The position numbers and the translations under genes are program-made. This document shows, one piece after another, positions 1 to 12,144 of a DNA stretch of 47,902 bases. The notes beneath the pieces are model-generated. The model had not been told where the DNA came from. It did not search any database and saw only the letters and a program-made list of their open reading frames with translations. Source of the stretch: Fistulifera solaris (lineage: Eukaryota); assembly GCA_030295235.1 (NCBI GenBank), contig AP026147.1, positions 744,001 to 791,902 on the forward strand, read 5' to 3'. Numbering within the stretch: the stretch's first letter is position 1; each line of letters starts with the position of its first letter.

Positions 1-719
1 ATGCAAATCAAACCCCCAAAAATATCAGACTTCTGTGATACGGGATTGTAGAGAATTCTGTTTTCACTGTGCAAAAAGTAATGACCCCTGTTTATCGTAT
101 TTCTTGATTTAGCCCTTTCTGGCCTATAGTAAAATCACCAAAGTCCTAATTTTCGGCGATGCCCCCACCCCCACACCCCCTTGTCACAGCGAAAGTAAAA
201 CTTTTCGGACTATAGTCATTTACATAGACATCATTATTTAACGATTGAACATTGAACAGACCTCTGTACATATAGTGTTTATCAGAAATCATGTGACGAG
301 AGACCAAAAATACTGAGTAGGATTCGTGAAGAGTGAGGACTTAGAGAAAGTGTACAGTAGGTACTTACTCGCACTATTGTTAAGTAAAAGGCACACGGGA
401 GAACTTTGGGCACCAACTTCCAGCTTTCTGTTTCCTGCCGCGCCGAATGCCGAAGGGCGGAGGAAGGCGACAAGGTCATCCATTTCTTCGTTCTGTCGTC
501 GTCAAACGTCAAATTCCCGGTTAACGCTCCAACTCCAACGTCTGTACAGGGAGGATCGGAGACAAAAGGAATGGACTTCGGCCTTCTGGCAATCAAAGAT
601 TAATTGAGCAAGCTAGATAAGAGACAACAGATACTCCGTTACAGCTACAATATTTCGACGCCAGGTCACGAGCTCAAACAACTCCACAAGTGTTACCTGG
701 TACAACATAACCCTTTGTC

Positions 720-2106
720 ATGGTTCACCTAACAACAACATCAGCTCACCCCGATCGCGACAAGAATACTATGGCGACCCGATCAACAAAACAGGACAAA
801 TTTCGATACTTCGGGGCTGCAACAATCCTCGCCTTTTGCATTGGGTGTCTTCTCGACTGGATCGCTTTACTGCAGGTAAAAAACGAGATGGTAACGTATG
901 CGGACGAACTGGATTATTTGAAACAAGAAACTCTTGTTCTACTAGGAAATGACCAGCGGAAGTCTCCAACTTACAGGATTAGAATTGATGCGATGCATGA
1001 TACAACGGAGAATCGGCACATTGACGTTCAAACTCCCCCGTATTCTCAAGAAGAGTCGTTCGCAGGGTGTATTCTTTTTCTGAATCAAAACCCCCGCCTG
1101 ACTGAATGGATTGCCTACCATTACTTTGCGCTACCTCTGCGAACCTTAATCATCGCCTATGACCCTCGCACTACTGAACGAGCCACGGAACTAATTGAGC
1201 GTTGGAAGAACGTAATCTCAATCGTGGAATGGAATGACGACGACTATTTACCGGCTAATTGGACAGTCGGCTTACAACCTGATCTAAAGAAAAGGACTTC
1301 TTTGGCAACAATAACTCACAGGAAACGCCAACTCACATTCTCTCAAAAGTGTCATGAACGCGCTGTTGAGATGGGCGTGAAGCGCACAATCATTATTGAC
1401 CCCGACGAGTATCTTCGTGTGAATCCGAAGGTGGTTCCTGCTACGTTTGTCAATACCAGTGAACCCGGCCACGTAACAAAGATGTTTCAGCTGCTTGAAG
1501 CACCAAATAACACAATGTTGGTGGAGCAGGAGGGCGTTACGTACAAAGCGAACTGTTCCGTTTATCCTCGCGTGCAATTCACAACTTTGGGTCCCAATAC
1601 ATGGTACCGAATTCCCAAAGATGTGGAATATTCAAAAGCAGACTTGGTCGATCCGTTTTACTTCAATACGCTTCGCTACCGGTATCGGAATGCACGCATC
1701 ATGAAGCACGCGAAAGGGTTGGTGTACACCATGCACGAAACACCACATCAAATCACCAATCTTCATTATCCGCTCGATTTGAAATGCCTTAAATCGGCGT
1801 ACTCGATCGACAAGTCTCCCCTGCTTGTCAATCATTACATTGGCAGTTTTGAAGACTTTCTGCATTCATTTCGTATTGACGCGCGAAATGATGCACTTGA
1901 CTTCTGCCAAACTCCGGTCTAGATGGGAAGAACGATCTCGTGGTTACGGAGGTACCGAAGCTTTCCATTTTCATTTGCGGAATCCTCTAGTACGAGATGA
2001 AGACATTACCAGCTGGATTCCTGCTTTCTTTGCTTGGCAATCGGATGATGTTGCACGCATGCTTCTTCGCGATACAGGAGCGAGGGCGCGCAATTCGAAT
2101 GTATAA
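720..2106 (+). CDS. Type II membrane glycosyltransferase family 92/DUF23-like protein (one frameshift near 1899)
   Basis: N-terminal TM (AATILAFCIGCLLDWIALL), ESFAGCILF..LTEWIAYHY, IDPDEY DxD-like motif and LLVNHYIGS..DAR. The C-terminus continues in the 1825..2106 frame (TSAKLRSRW...WIPAFF). Start could be 720 or 771. Confidence 0.7.
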
Positions 2107-3400
2107 TAGCAATGATGCTGATTGTTTACTTGTATTGTTTTTGAACCGTAAAGGCGCGCGTCAATCAATCGCAGTGAGGACGATCGCGACGACGATATGA
2201 CTGTTTATGTTAAGGTTAGCGATAAGTGAAACTTGTTAATTAAGGTTACAGGTTTTTACTGGTGCCTGTTATGTTGTTGTGGGCAGGACAAATTTCGATC
2301 ACACCATTCTTCGCGTCTTTGGGACACCAATTGTCAATGTTACTTTGCCCAACATCGCTTCTTGACGCCAAGAAACAAATAATCGACATTGATTTGACAG
2401 TGAAACATGAAACAATGGAAAGACACAACGCTTCCAGTCTCTACGCGTCGTTTACGTAGCCGCCGTAAGAAATTTATCTCTGTTGGGGGTACCCGGATAT
2501 TTTGCTTTTCGCCATCATCCATTTGTTGCATCTGCAGTACACAGATGTCAACGTTTCCCTGTGCGCCGTATTCCTTCGTCTCACGAAGCAATATCCGCCA
2601 TCGATTCAAAAGCAAAACGATGATAGAACAAATGATGCAACGCCTCGAATGTCTACATAATTATTTCACGTACCATTTCGAGGCAAATGAGCTCCAAGTA
2701 CTGTAAAATATATAGGACACGGCTACTATATACTTTAGTGTTGGTTTACGGCAGAAATTGTATACCGTGTCAAAATCGACCGATTTTTTCTATAGCCGGC
2801 CGCTTCAATAAGTTTCCTTACTATTATTCTACTTTGCCCAACATCTTTCGTGTCTCTTGACTTATTATTAAGAGCAATACGTTGTGTGTGATTCCAGGTG
2901 GCTGACGATGCCTGGTAATGATTCTAATGTCGACCAAACCGCAGCTAGAGACCGTTTTCTTGTTGCGGTAGTACTCCCTTGTGGTCGGCTTTTTTGCCGC
3001 GTTTGCAATCGAGGGTATACTTGATAGTTCATTTTTGACGACACCGTCATTTAAGACCACTTCTATGCTCGTGCACTACTACAAGACTGTCCAGGCCGAG
3101 TTCGGCAGCTCGACTTACCGTATTTCATGATCAACTTGTGGAACGAAAAGGTAACGATTAATGATATCGCCAGGGATCTTTATAACGTAGTTCCAAGGTT
3201 GCATAGTATGGCAAATAGGTTGGAGCTGGTCAGCCGCGGAGGTCGTCGTGCCGGTAAATTACCACCGCTCGTTGTTATTCACCAAGGCATTCACTCGCTG
3301 CAAAAAATCAAAGAAAACTAATTAATGTTCCGTCTGGAAGATTATTTTGACCTGATTATTATTATCGATTACAATAAAATTCTAAGGCTTACGTATTCTT

Positions 3401-4638
3401 TTATCGTCGACTAGTTCTAACATTAACATTGTCCTTTCTGGGAGAGCCATTGCTGCCACTTTCTGGGTTATAAACTGGTATCCTAGATGAGGATATTAGT
3501 CGTGACTGTTCCTTGGCAGAAGTTCCGGGTTGAGAAGACCGGTACGAGGCATTTTTGGTTTTAGTGGCTCGACGCAATAGTTCGTTTTCGTCGCTGGGGC
3601 GGCCTGTACTGTGCGACTCATTCAATTTGGACAGCCATTCTGTTACTTCCTGGTAGCTGTTCTGCGACTTTGATGCTGAAACTTCCGACTGACTCTTCTT
3701 TACTTTAGGCGGAAGACGGTCAATTAGAAGTTCTTCCCCGTTATCGTCGACTTCAATTTGCAGCGGAGCCGGCTTTCGGAATATCGAAGAAACAGACTTG
3801 GGGGCTGCTCGTGTGATACTTTGTATGTTATCATCCGTCAGCAACGGCACCACACGTGAGCTCATAATCCGCTGTAATCGCTCCTTGTGCTTTGTCGGGG
3901 CGTCGGCAAAGAAATCGCCCAAGTTTGCCAACGTGAACGGTTGCGTCAGATCATCCGCATGCACCGGATACCACCACGTTGGAGCATTATTGTGGAATTG
4001 CGAACTGGTTGCTGCATCTTGCTCATCGGGATGGCCAAAAGGCATACAACTGGTTTGGGAGGGAACCCAGATACCTCGAGGATATACTGTTTCATGATTT
4101 CGTTTTGAAAAGGGCTGCAAAAATCATCCTGTTTCATCAGTGGCTGAGCAACCAAGTGTGACGAATAGAGTGTAGCGGGCCACCAAACATTTTCGATTGC
4201 AGGGGATTGAAACCAAACCAGCGTCGGCTTCTTAGTGGCCTCCTCATTTTCTCTGTTGGTATTAGACGACTCTGCAGTGCGCGGAAGGTGCTGATGATGC
4301 GACGAACTAGTTAGTCTCGGTTGACCCGCTATACTCGAGGGCGGTTGATCACGCATCTCCTCTGTCGCATAATCGCGAAGACGGGCGGAATAGATTGCGC
4401 GTGTTGCGTGGTTTGTCACACTGTGTGGCGACTTGACGATCTCTGTAGGATTGGAATAACGAAAGGTCGGTTCTTTACAAGTCGGACACTTCATAGTGAC
4501 ATTTCGATTGTCCTGTCCAACTCCACTGGTCTCGAAACAGGCGTTCAAGCAATCGCGACACACAGATTGCCCACAGTGAGAACACTGCACTTGGTGAATC
4601 GAGTCAAAGTTGCAAATCGGACACGCGTATGGCTTCAT
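3401..4638 (-). CDS. RING-type zinc finger plus PWWP-like protein (one frameshift near 4035)
   Basis: CPIC..CSHC..CRDC..CPTC Cys pattern and LVWFQ...VWWPATLY PWWP-like motif. Restoring one G in TTGG(G)CC joins PVVCLL to GHPDEQ in the 3401..4120 frame. Confidence 0.6.
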
Positions 4639-5399
4639 TGTCGCTATAGTTGCAGAAGATAATTCGAGTTAATGACGCGTATAAGACCTGGAGATGCCCG
4701 GCAAAGCCTGATGCGACCTAGACGACGACGGTTCGTGCTTGTTGCTTGTTGTCAATTGATGGTAGAACTAACTGTGGCTTTCGCATCAAGAATGCCTTCC
4801 TTTTTGGCAGAGATGAGCGAAGTGCACAAAGTGCATCTTCGCTGATGCGCGCCGGCCAGGATTTAAAATCGCAGAATATTTCACATCTGTTAGAACCTGT
4901 AAGACAACAAGTTCACAAGTTCCTACAAAATATCCGGGTTTCCCTCTGTCGATAAATTTCCTTACGAGGCCTACGTAAAATTACGTAGACATTGAAATTG
5001 TTGTATCATTCCAAAACTTCATGCTTCTATGCCCTTTTATGTCGATTGAAGCTTTATTGACTAAAAAACTTCTATTAGTATATTTTAGCGCTGCGAACGC
5101 ATCAAATGGATGAGGTCGAAGCTTCACTATATCCGGGTCTTTTCGACGCCCCGTCAGTTGGAGCGGCCATTATCCATCAAGCTTTTTCTTCCCTACTAGA
5201 CCTTAGATGCAGTCTTTTCATGTGTTTGAAGTGGCAGATGGGGGTTTGTAGACCCTGTAGCCTGGGTGGCCGAAACGTACATTATCGAATTGCACCGGCA
5301 GCGGGCCACTTTGTTATCTTTAACAAATGCATTTACACAAACAAGTGCGTTATTTTATCTAAAATTAGTTCAGTCGCGAAAGCCTAGAGCACTCTTGCA

Positions 5400-6244
5400 C
5401 TATCTTTCCGAACCGGCTGTTTTTGTTGGTCCAGAGGTTTTATTAACATTTCCAAAGGGGCGATCATCTCGTAATGCCGTCTGCAATACGTTTTGTACAC
5501 ATTGTTGACTTGCTCTTGCAGGAAATAGATTTTGTGTCGCTGTGAATGCTTTCTGTGAGACACATTGTGAGCTTGTGAACAATCCACCGTAGCACTCGGC
5601 TTGTTTTGCCGCCCGCACTTCCGAATAAGCCAAATTCTCGCATAATCGTAAATCCAACTGTAGTTTCCGTACATCGTACACATGTATGAGTTCATGTACT
5701 AGCATCTCTTCCATTTCCGCTACTCCAGAACGGTTGGTACATACGACAACAGAGATCGGAGAGGGACCAGTAATAAACGCCCGAGCGTTCCCTTCTGGTC
5801 CAGTGTCACTACATTCTCGACAAACAATCGACAGCCACTCCTTCCGTGACGATTGTTGATCTCCTTCTTCTTTTCTTTTGAGTGAATCATCCGAGGAACG
5901 GAGTTTTTTCGATGAAAAGGCCAATTGAGACGTTCGGCGTTGAGGTATTCCGAAAGTCTCGGCAAGCCTTATAGGGGAGTCCGCGCGTGGGTCATTCTCA
6001 TTTAATTCCGCATCATTCCAGTTCCGAGTCGGCTCCGTCAGTGGTGAAGCAATCTCCACTTGAATTCCATTAGCAATCGGTCTCCATGCTGTAGGATTTA
6101 AAGACTCCAACAGTTTACGAGGCCTCGACGACGCCGTGTGCAGTAAGACTTTTTGCAGTAACTGAGCGCATAAACTGCAATCAGAGGAGTCTCCGACTGC
6201 CGTATCTGACTTTACAGGGATCTGTTTTGATTCTTTTCTAGCAT
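5400..6244 (-). CDS. ATP23: Mitochondrial inner membrane metalloprotease ATP23 (peptidase M76)
   Basis: LVHELIHVYD HExxH motif, CENLAYSEVRAA, CV..KA..AT and D.RPF. The frame is open upstream of the TTG call to about 6240. ATG 6244 enters frame if one A is added to an A-run (MLEKESKQ...). Confidence 0.88.
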
Positions 6245-6555
6245 ACTCTGATATTCAAACTGAGAAACGAAACAGTTGCGACTCTTTATAAGCAGCAATC
6301 ACCTTTAAGCGGTAAAACTAATGGCTCAGAATAGTCGAAGAATTTGCTCGGATCGCTGTGTTGTTAAAATTGAAAATATAGAGGTCAAACAATACAAGGA
6401 CGACCTCATTCAAGGAAAAGGAAGGCAGTGCGCGAAGTGCGTTTATTCTTCCTCGTGACTCAAACCCATGACCCATGACTCATTAGAAGACCGTCGCATT
6501 TGAAATTTTGGTCACGAATTGCATGGAAGCGCAAATCAATGCAGCGTCAGAACAG

Positions 6556-6624
6556 GACGTTAAAATTCTGCCTCTCAGTACAAATTTCTACGTAGAGCCT
6601 ACGGCGAGGCAGAATTTTAACGTC
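6556..6624. repeat. Perfect 19-bp inverted repeat with 31-bp spacer
   Basis: GACGTTAAAATTCTGCCTC (6556-6574) pairs with GAGGCAGAATTTTAACGTC (6606-6624). The spacer contains the palindrome TCTACGTAGA (6587-6596). Confidence 0.9.
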
Positions 6625-7249
6625 ATTTCCAAAGTAGTCGACAGTAGACAAACTACAGAATGATCAACGCCTTCAAACAAATGTCTTGGACGCAGAAGGC
6701 AGAACCCTAGCGAAACATCCGGAAAAGCAATATTCCCGCGTCTCGAGTTTCAAGGAGTTTCGACAATATTATTTCGAGTTAGAGTCATCTTCATCATCTT
6801 GTTAATAGTTTATAGGTTGTCGGTTGTCGTTCAAAATTTGATATTCATGAAAATTCAGTCTACATTGGACATGTACACACTATATTGAGACAAAACAAGA
6901 GCCAATGGGTGCCAACGCAAGCTCTAATAGATCTTTCTTGATACGAGTTCCAATCAGATGGCTTTTTTCATTCACCTGAAATTGTTGCAGATGCTTCTTG
7001 CCGGTGCTAGTAAACTCCAAACTCTTCTTCAAACCTCATCAAAACAGCAAGATAAATTGTCGAACCACATTGGACCAGCTGCAAATTACATCGGAAAGGA
7101 ACGATTATTGCTCATAATAGTTTGGGATTATACGTGTTATATTTCTAGCTAGAATCTGCTAGCATAGCGGTTGAAAGATTTGTGCATCAACTCTTGGGTC
7201 TTTCATTATTGCTTGCATTCGCACTGGAGAGTACATAATCATTGGGTCA

Positions 7250-7770
7250 CTATGGGGCATCCACAGAATTAAAATCTGAAACGCCATCATCGTCGAGAAG
7301 TTCGAGCGCTTCATTGAGAACCTCAATTAACGTTCGACGAGCGCTCGATCGTCGACGAGGCTGCTCCGAAATACCATTAGAGGCGTGCCCATCATTAGCC
7401 GATGGAAGGGTAGCAGAGTCACGGGACAAATAAGAGGGTACGGCCGATCGGCGGCTAATGCTTCGAGGTGACTGCGCAGCTCGATCGGCGTGACGATAAG
7501 CGGGGCCTCCAAAACACGAAGTCATTTCTTCGATGAAATGAGCAAGAGGAAGAAAAACTGTATAAAAAGACTCTGATTTGTCTATCAACGTACCTTGTTG
7601 ATAGATCTCCGTTTGAAAATAATGGAAGGATCGATGAATTGATGGATGAAACGACGTCTTGTTGAGATTGCAGATACGCCGATGAGCCGATGTCCAAGGC
7701 TTCTTCGAGCAATTGGCTCGGGGCTATACTTGTACGCCCAAACTCTTTGGGCTTGTCCCCATTGTATCCC
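7250..7770 (-). CDS. Small hypothetical Ser/Arg-rich protein, probably spliced; 5' end uncertain
   Basis: Two ORF pieces each carry an L(L/N)EEAL/LNEAL motif. A GTACGT donor near 7593 is followed by a pyrimidine-rich stretch. Confidence 0.35.
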
Positions 7771-8314
7771 TATAAGTTGTCGGTGTCAGAAACAGCAGAA
7801 TGACAGTACCGCTTCAGTCGCGTTTCCGATTTCATTGAATTTGATTGGTGGAAAGGTTTAACAACGTAAGTCAACAGAAAAAGCTCGATTGCGTTTCGCT
7901 TTTGATCCATTGTGTACACTTCGATCTACTTGGTCAAAAGTTGCGCCATTCCTTCCCCTTCTGGCTGACAGATGGCAAACAGCAACAGCAACAATGGGCG
8001 GCATCGTTTGTTTCTTATTGGGCGGCATCAGTATGGTAGGTTGGGAGGTTGGGTGTCAGAATTCAGAATTTCAGAAGATTACTTGTTACTTGGTACAGTA
8101 GCTCACAGCAGTACTGTGACAGCACTTTCAAAAGCTACAGTAAATCGTACTCATTAGTATGTACCAGGTACAGTATGACCATTGACCATTGGGTACTGTA
8201 TGACCTCTCGTTACTCTGGTTCTGGTGACTAGTGACTGACGAAAGGAGTCGTGAGTGTGTGCAGCTTTATTTTCGTCGCTTCGCATCTTATAAAACAACA
8301 CTGACATTTTCACC

Positions 8315-9460
8315 ATGAGATCCTTTTTCTTATGTTGTAGCTTCATAGCTCTGCTGGCGACACTCTTGTCGACTGTAATGCTTGGCAAGAAGGACAAGGA
8401 CGCAATGTGGTGATTGATTTACAAAACACACCATTCGCAGAATACTGGGAGAACCTTCCTTCAATAATAAAAGATTTTTCAAGTGAAAAGACTCAACTCA
8501 AGGTCGAAGGCTACTCCTTTTCGGGTCGCATGGCTGTTTATAAATACCTGATTTATTCGATCGACTTGGGAGACTTGTGGGGTGAAACTCCCCTTAGAGA
8601 ATATCATTGGCTATGGGCTTATGCCGCACAATTCGACTGGCAGCACCGTTCGAAGCGATTGCAGACTTTAGGAGAGGATTCAGATGCAATATCTCAAGAA
8701 AGCTGGTGGGGTTACATGAACTTCGGGTTTTCAGTCGCTATTTTGCTAGGATGGAAACAGACGCGGCTGATATGGACTTAGATTCCTATAGTCAGTATCT
8801 TATCGATAACGACAAGGCCATGCATGAGTGCATGCAAGGATGGGCAGCCTTTTTAGAGAAGGGTATAGTGATTTTATTGATGCATTCAATTCCCAAACCA
8901 ACATTATGGAAGCTCGCTACACACTCCAGCACCATGTCTGGAAAGTGCACACGTCCGTCATCGATTACTGTCAGTCTGAAGGAATTATTTACTCAATGTT
9001 GCTGGACAAAATGCCATTGCCCGAACGGAAATTTGGAGAAGACTGGGCTCGTATGGTTCATGTTCTGGCTGCAGCATGCTTTCCTACGGATTTAATAACG
9101 CTGAAACAAGATGGGGGCGGTTTTCTTCCACTGCAACGTTTGGAGACTGAAACGTGGGGGACTATGCCGCTGTCGAACTTTTATGATGCTTGCCGATACC
9201 GGACTGTTCTAGCGACTCATGACCTGGTTACTTTGAAACTTTCCTACATGAATGCACTGATTGGCATCTGGAAAAGAGTTGCTCGAAGCCATACAATCAG
9301 TCGCATGTTACCAAGAGTCATTGTAGATTTGTATCACGGCTCCTTTCTTACGAAACTCGAAAAGCTGGGACAACTTATGTTCTGTTTTTTCCGACCACGG
9401 GAAAAGATTGCCATAGTTTTGGCCGCCGCTCTTCCTTGGATGTACAAACTGTTTCACTAA
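8315..9460 (+). CDS. LEG1 (C6orf58/DUF781) family secreted protein (3 frameshifts near 8378, 8750, 8850)
   Basis: Motifs RMAVYKYLI, WLWAYAAQFDWQHRSKRL, ISQESWWGYMNF, W..HTSVI and E.KFGEDWA.MV..LAA..FPTDL resemble LEG1 blocks. ATG 8315 gives signal peptide MRSFFLCCSFIALLATLLSTV. Confidence 0.75.
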
Positions 9461-9601
9461 CCTTTGATACAGAGTATAGATTGATATTAGTAAATTCCCC
9501 CCTTCGATGGTAAACAAGCTTACTCGTACGATTCACGCCGAGAAATTGGAAATTTTATATCATAATGGCTACAGAAGAAAGCGGACCAGGAAGAGACCAT
9601 G

Positions 9602-11338
9602 CTAATACTTGTCTTCTTCTAAACCAACTAAAATATCCATTTTCGCATTTGGATTGTCAGAACAGATATCAACGTCTTGACGTCCCCCGAAACGAGGATT
9701 TCCTTCTATTACAATGCCTGAACGGACATTGCATTGCGCCGATTGCTGCACAGAAATTATGTAATGAAACCAATGAGAAGGTATGTACAAAACTTCACCT
9801 CGTTTTAAAACCGTTTCGACGGATAATGCGGTGGCGGCTTTCTCCAACCATTCTCGTTCTTCCAGAGACATATTGGTATCGTTCATTTCGTTCAGGTGAC
9901 CAAAGTTTAACAGCGAGTGCCTGAAGATCGGCGACTTCCGGTCCGTAAATATTCCTAGCTTCGAACACTGATTGGGCGGACTTAATATATAACGCTTTGC
10001 CCCTTTCATCATTGCCACCATGTTACGACCACCATCAAAGTGAGTGGCTGCTACGACTCCTCGTTCTCCGAATCTACATTGAATGCCTTTTTGCTCCTCT
10101 GGATGGAACAGGAAAAAATTAGCTTCTGTTTTAGCACCGAAAGAAGGCAAGTCGCGCGTGATAAACGATTGGTCCTCGTTGAATCGCTCTCCGGGGCTGG
10201 TCCCCGCCTGAAAGTAGAAATGGGGCTTGTGTGCTTCCAATGAAACAGCGTCCGCATACCTGGCATGGCGTACCCATTCTCTATAAGACCAATCATTCAA
10301 ACGCGTCGGCGGCAATCCCAATTTCTTTACCTCCCACAGCTTTGGCACAAAAAATGCAAAGAAATTATTGGGCGATTCTTGCGCTAAACCAGACGCCTGC
10401 TTCGGCGCTTTGTGAGCAGGCGGATGCTTCGAGTAAGGATCATGATCCCCAAACTCGTCGGAAAGGTAGTCGTCAGTCCATTTTTCTGCTGCTGCTGTAA
10501 TTTCAGGGATGTCATACAGTTTGAATGGCAACTCAAGATCACGAAATCGTTCTGCCTTGGCTCTCTCTATCGGATCTGAGTAATTGAAATGTAAAAGAGT
10601 CTCATGGATCGCACCGATGTAGTCCTGATCTTGCGGCCAGCGATTCATGATCTGTTGAAGAATTTGTAATTGAGGATAATCCTCATCGGTCTCCGAGGCT
10701 TCTTTCACGGAAGGGTACGCATACTTCGACGGATTGGTGTAGTCTACCACAGGACCTCGAACTTGATGAGACGTCGGTAGTGCATCCCATTCATCTTCCC
10801 ATTGCATTCTCTGTCCTTTCCGTTCACTTTTAAAGAAACGAGATTCCGCTTTATGTGATTTGGGGCCCATGTTGATTGTGCGATGTCGCATATTCGTTAA
10901 TTTCAGTTCACTTTTCGTCGGTAATAAGTACGATCGAATCCAGTTGTTGATACAAGGTATATTCCGCATAATATCTAGATCCATTGCCTTTTGCCAAGCA
11001 TCAAGAACGGCTTGCAATTTATCACTATCGACCGGAGGCTGTCGTATTTTGTCAAATTCTCGCTCGAGACGCGACGTTTCGGATGGTAAATTAAAGTGTT
11101 TCGTATCGGCGTTGCGCTCCCTGAAATGTTGATCCGCTCGACGACGTCGTTCAGCGAGATCAAGGCCCGGAGGAAAGAAGATGCGATTCAGTATGTAATG
11201 TAAAGAAGCTCCCAAGATCGCCCCGCCCAACAAACTGCCTCCTAAAAACATCACAGTGCCTCGTATATTACGCCTACGAATGCGTCTTTTCACGCGTTTG
11301 TTGTATTTAATGTTCTGATTGTCGACATCTAATGTCAT
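9602..11338 (-). CDS. JmjC/cupin-like (Cupin_8 type) 2OG-Fe(II) oxygenase with N-terminal TM anchor
   Basis: Intact 578-aa ORF with THFDGGRNMVAMMKGAKRYIL (HxD) and GEVLYIPSHWFHYI (distal His). A basic stretch precedes a TM helix at the N-terminus. Confidence 0.85.
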   Translation of the reverse strand: MTLDVDNQNIKYNKRVKRRIRRRNIRGTVMFLGGSLLGGAILGASLHYILNRIFFPPGLDLAERRRRADQHFRERNADTKHFNLPSETSRLEREFDKIRQPPVDSDKLQAVLDAWQKAMDLDIMRNIPCINNWIRSYLLPTKSELKLTNMRHRTINMGPKSHKAESRFFKSERKGQRMQWEDEWDALPTSHQVRGPVVDYTNPSKYAYPSVKEASETDEDYPQLQILQQIMNRWPQDQDYIGAIHETLLHFNYSDPIERAKAERFRDLELPFKLYDIPEITAAAEKWTDDYLSDEFGDHDPYSKHPPAHKAPKQASGLAQESPNNFFAFFVPKLWEVKKLGLPPTRLNDWSYREWVRHARYADAVSLEAHKPHFYFQAGTSPGERFNEDQSFITRDLPSFGAKTEANFFLFHPEEQKGIQCRFGERGVVAATHFDGGRNMVAMMKGAKRYILSPPNQCSKLGIFTDRKSPIFRHSLLNFGHLNEMNDTNMSLEEREWLEKAATALSVETVLKRGEVLYIPSHWFHYIISVQQSAQCNVRSGIVIEGNPRFGGRQDVDICSDNPNAKMDILVGLEEDKY

Positions 11339-12144
11339 GATTGAGCTTCGGAGACTCTAGAACCGCACAATGATGCTTTTATGAAGAAATCAAGTGGAGG
11401 ATCGATCGCACAAATAAATAATGACCCGTCATCCGTCATCGTCGTCATGGACGGAAAATAATAATCTGGATCATGACATTGTGTGACGAGAGTTCGGGTT
11501 GCAAAATTTCGAGACCGGGACTCGGCCTTACAGCTCGTGAATGAACATGATGGGAACTTCATTATTAATGCAGCTATGATTGTGACCCTGAGGAAAAAAC
11601 TGAAGGACACACCATAATTGCACGAAACGCTTTCATAATGAAGTTTGTTTGAAGCAAAATGATTGATGATTCTTGCCAAAAAGCTTCCCAAAAATTTCAA
11701 TCTAGATTTATTATCGCCCAGAGTGTTGTCCGTTTTTACCAAGACTGGATTTCAGTCCCGGAAAAGTACTGCTTTCTTGTATAACCTGGTATTATTTCAT
11801 TGTATGAACCCTGCTCTAGAACATAAATTTACTGGTAGTTTGTGTATTCAATGCGTCGCAATCTTGGTCTTGGGTTTCCAAAGCCCCCATATCTCTTGCA
11901 TAGCCTGAGTTAGTATCTTTAGCTGGAAGTCTATAATGGTGGTAGGATTCAATAAGACACATCGAGAGAGGATTGCGTGTATGCAATAATATCTTTCTAG
12001 AAGTAAACTAGATTCACTACTAACACTTAAATAAAATTCTGAAATTATATAGATTGCATGCTTCTAATGGAAGACATATCTAGAGGAGTGTGTTGTCCGA
12101 TTTCAAAAACGAGGAGAGAGCGATAGACAGCGTCCAAGCACTAA

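Noticed and set aside
2246..3350. Short overlapping ORFs on both strands
   Set aside because: No recognisable motifs or consistent gene model. A decayed gene cannot be excluded.
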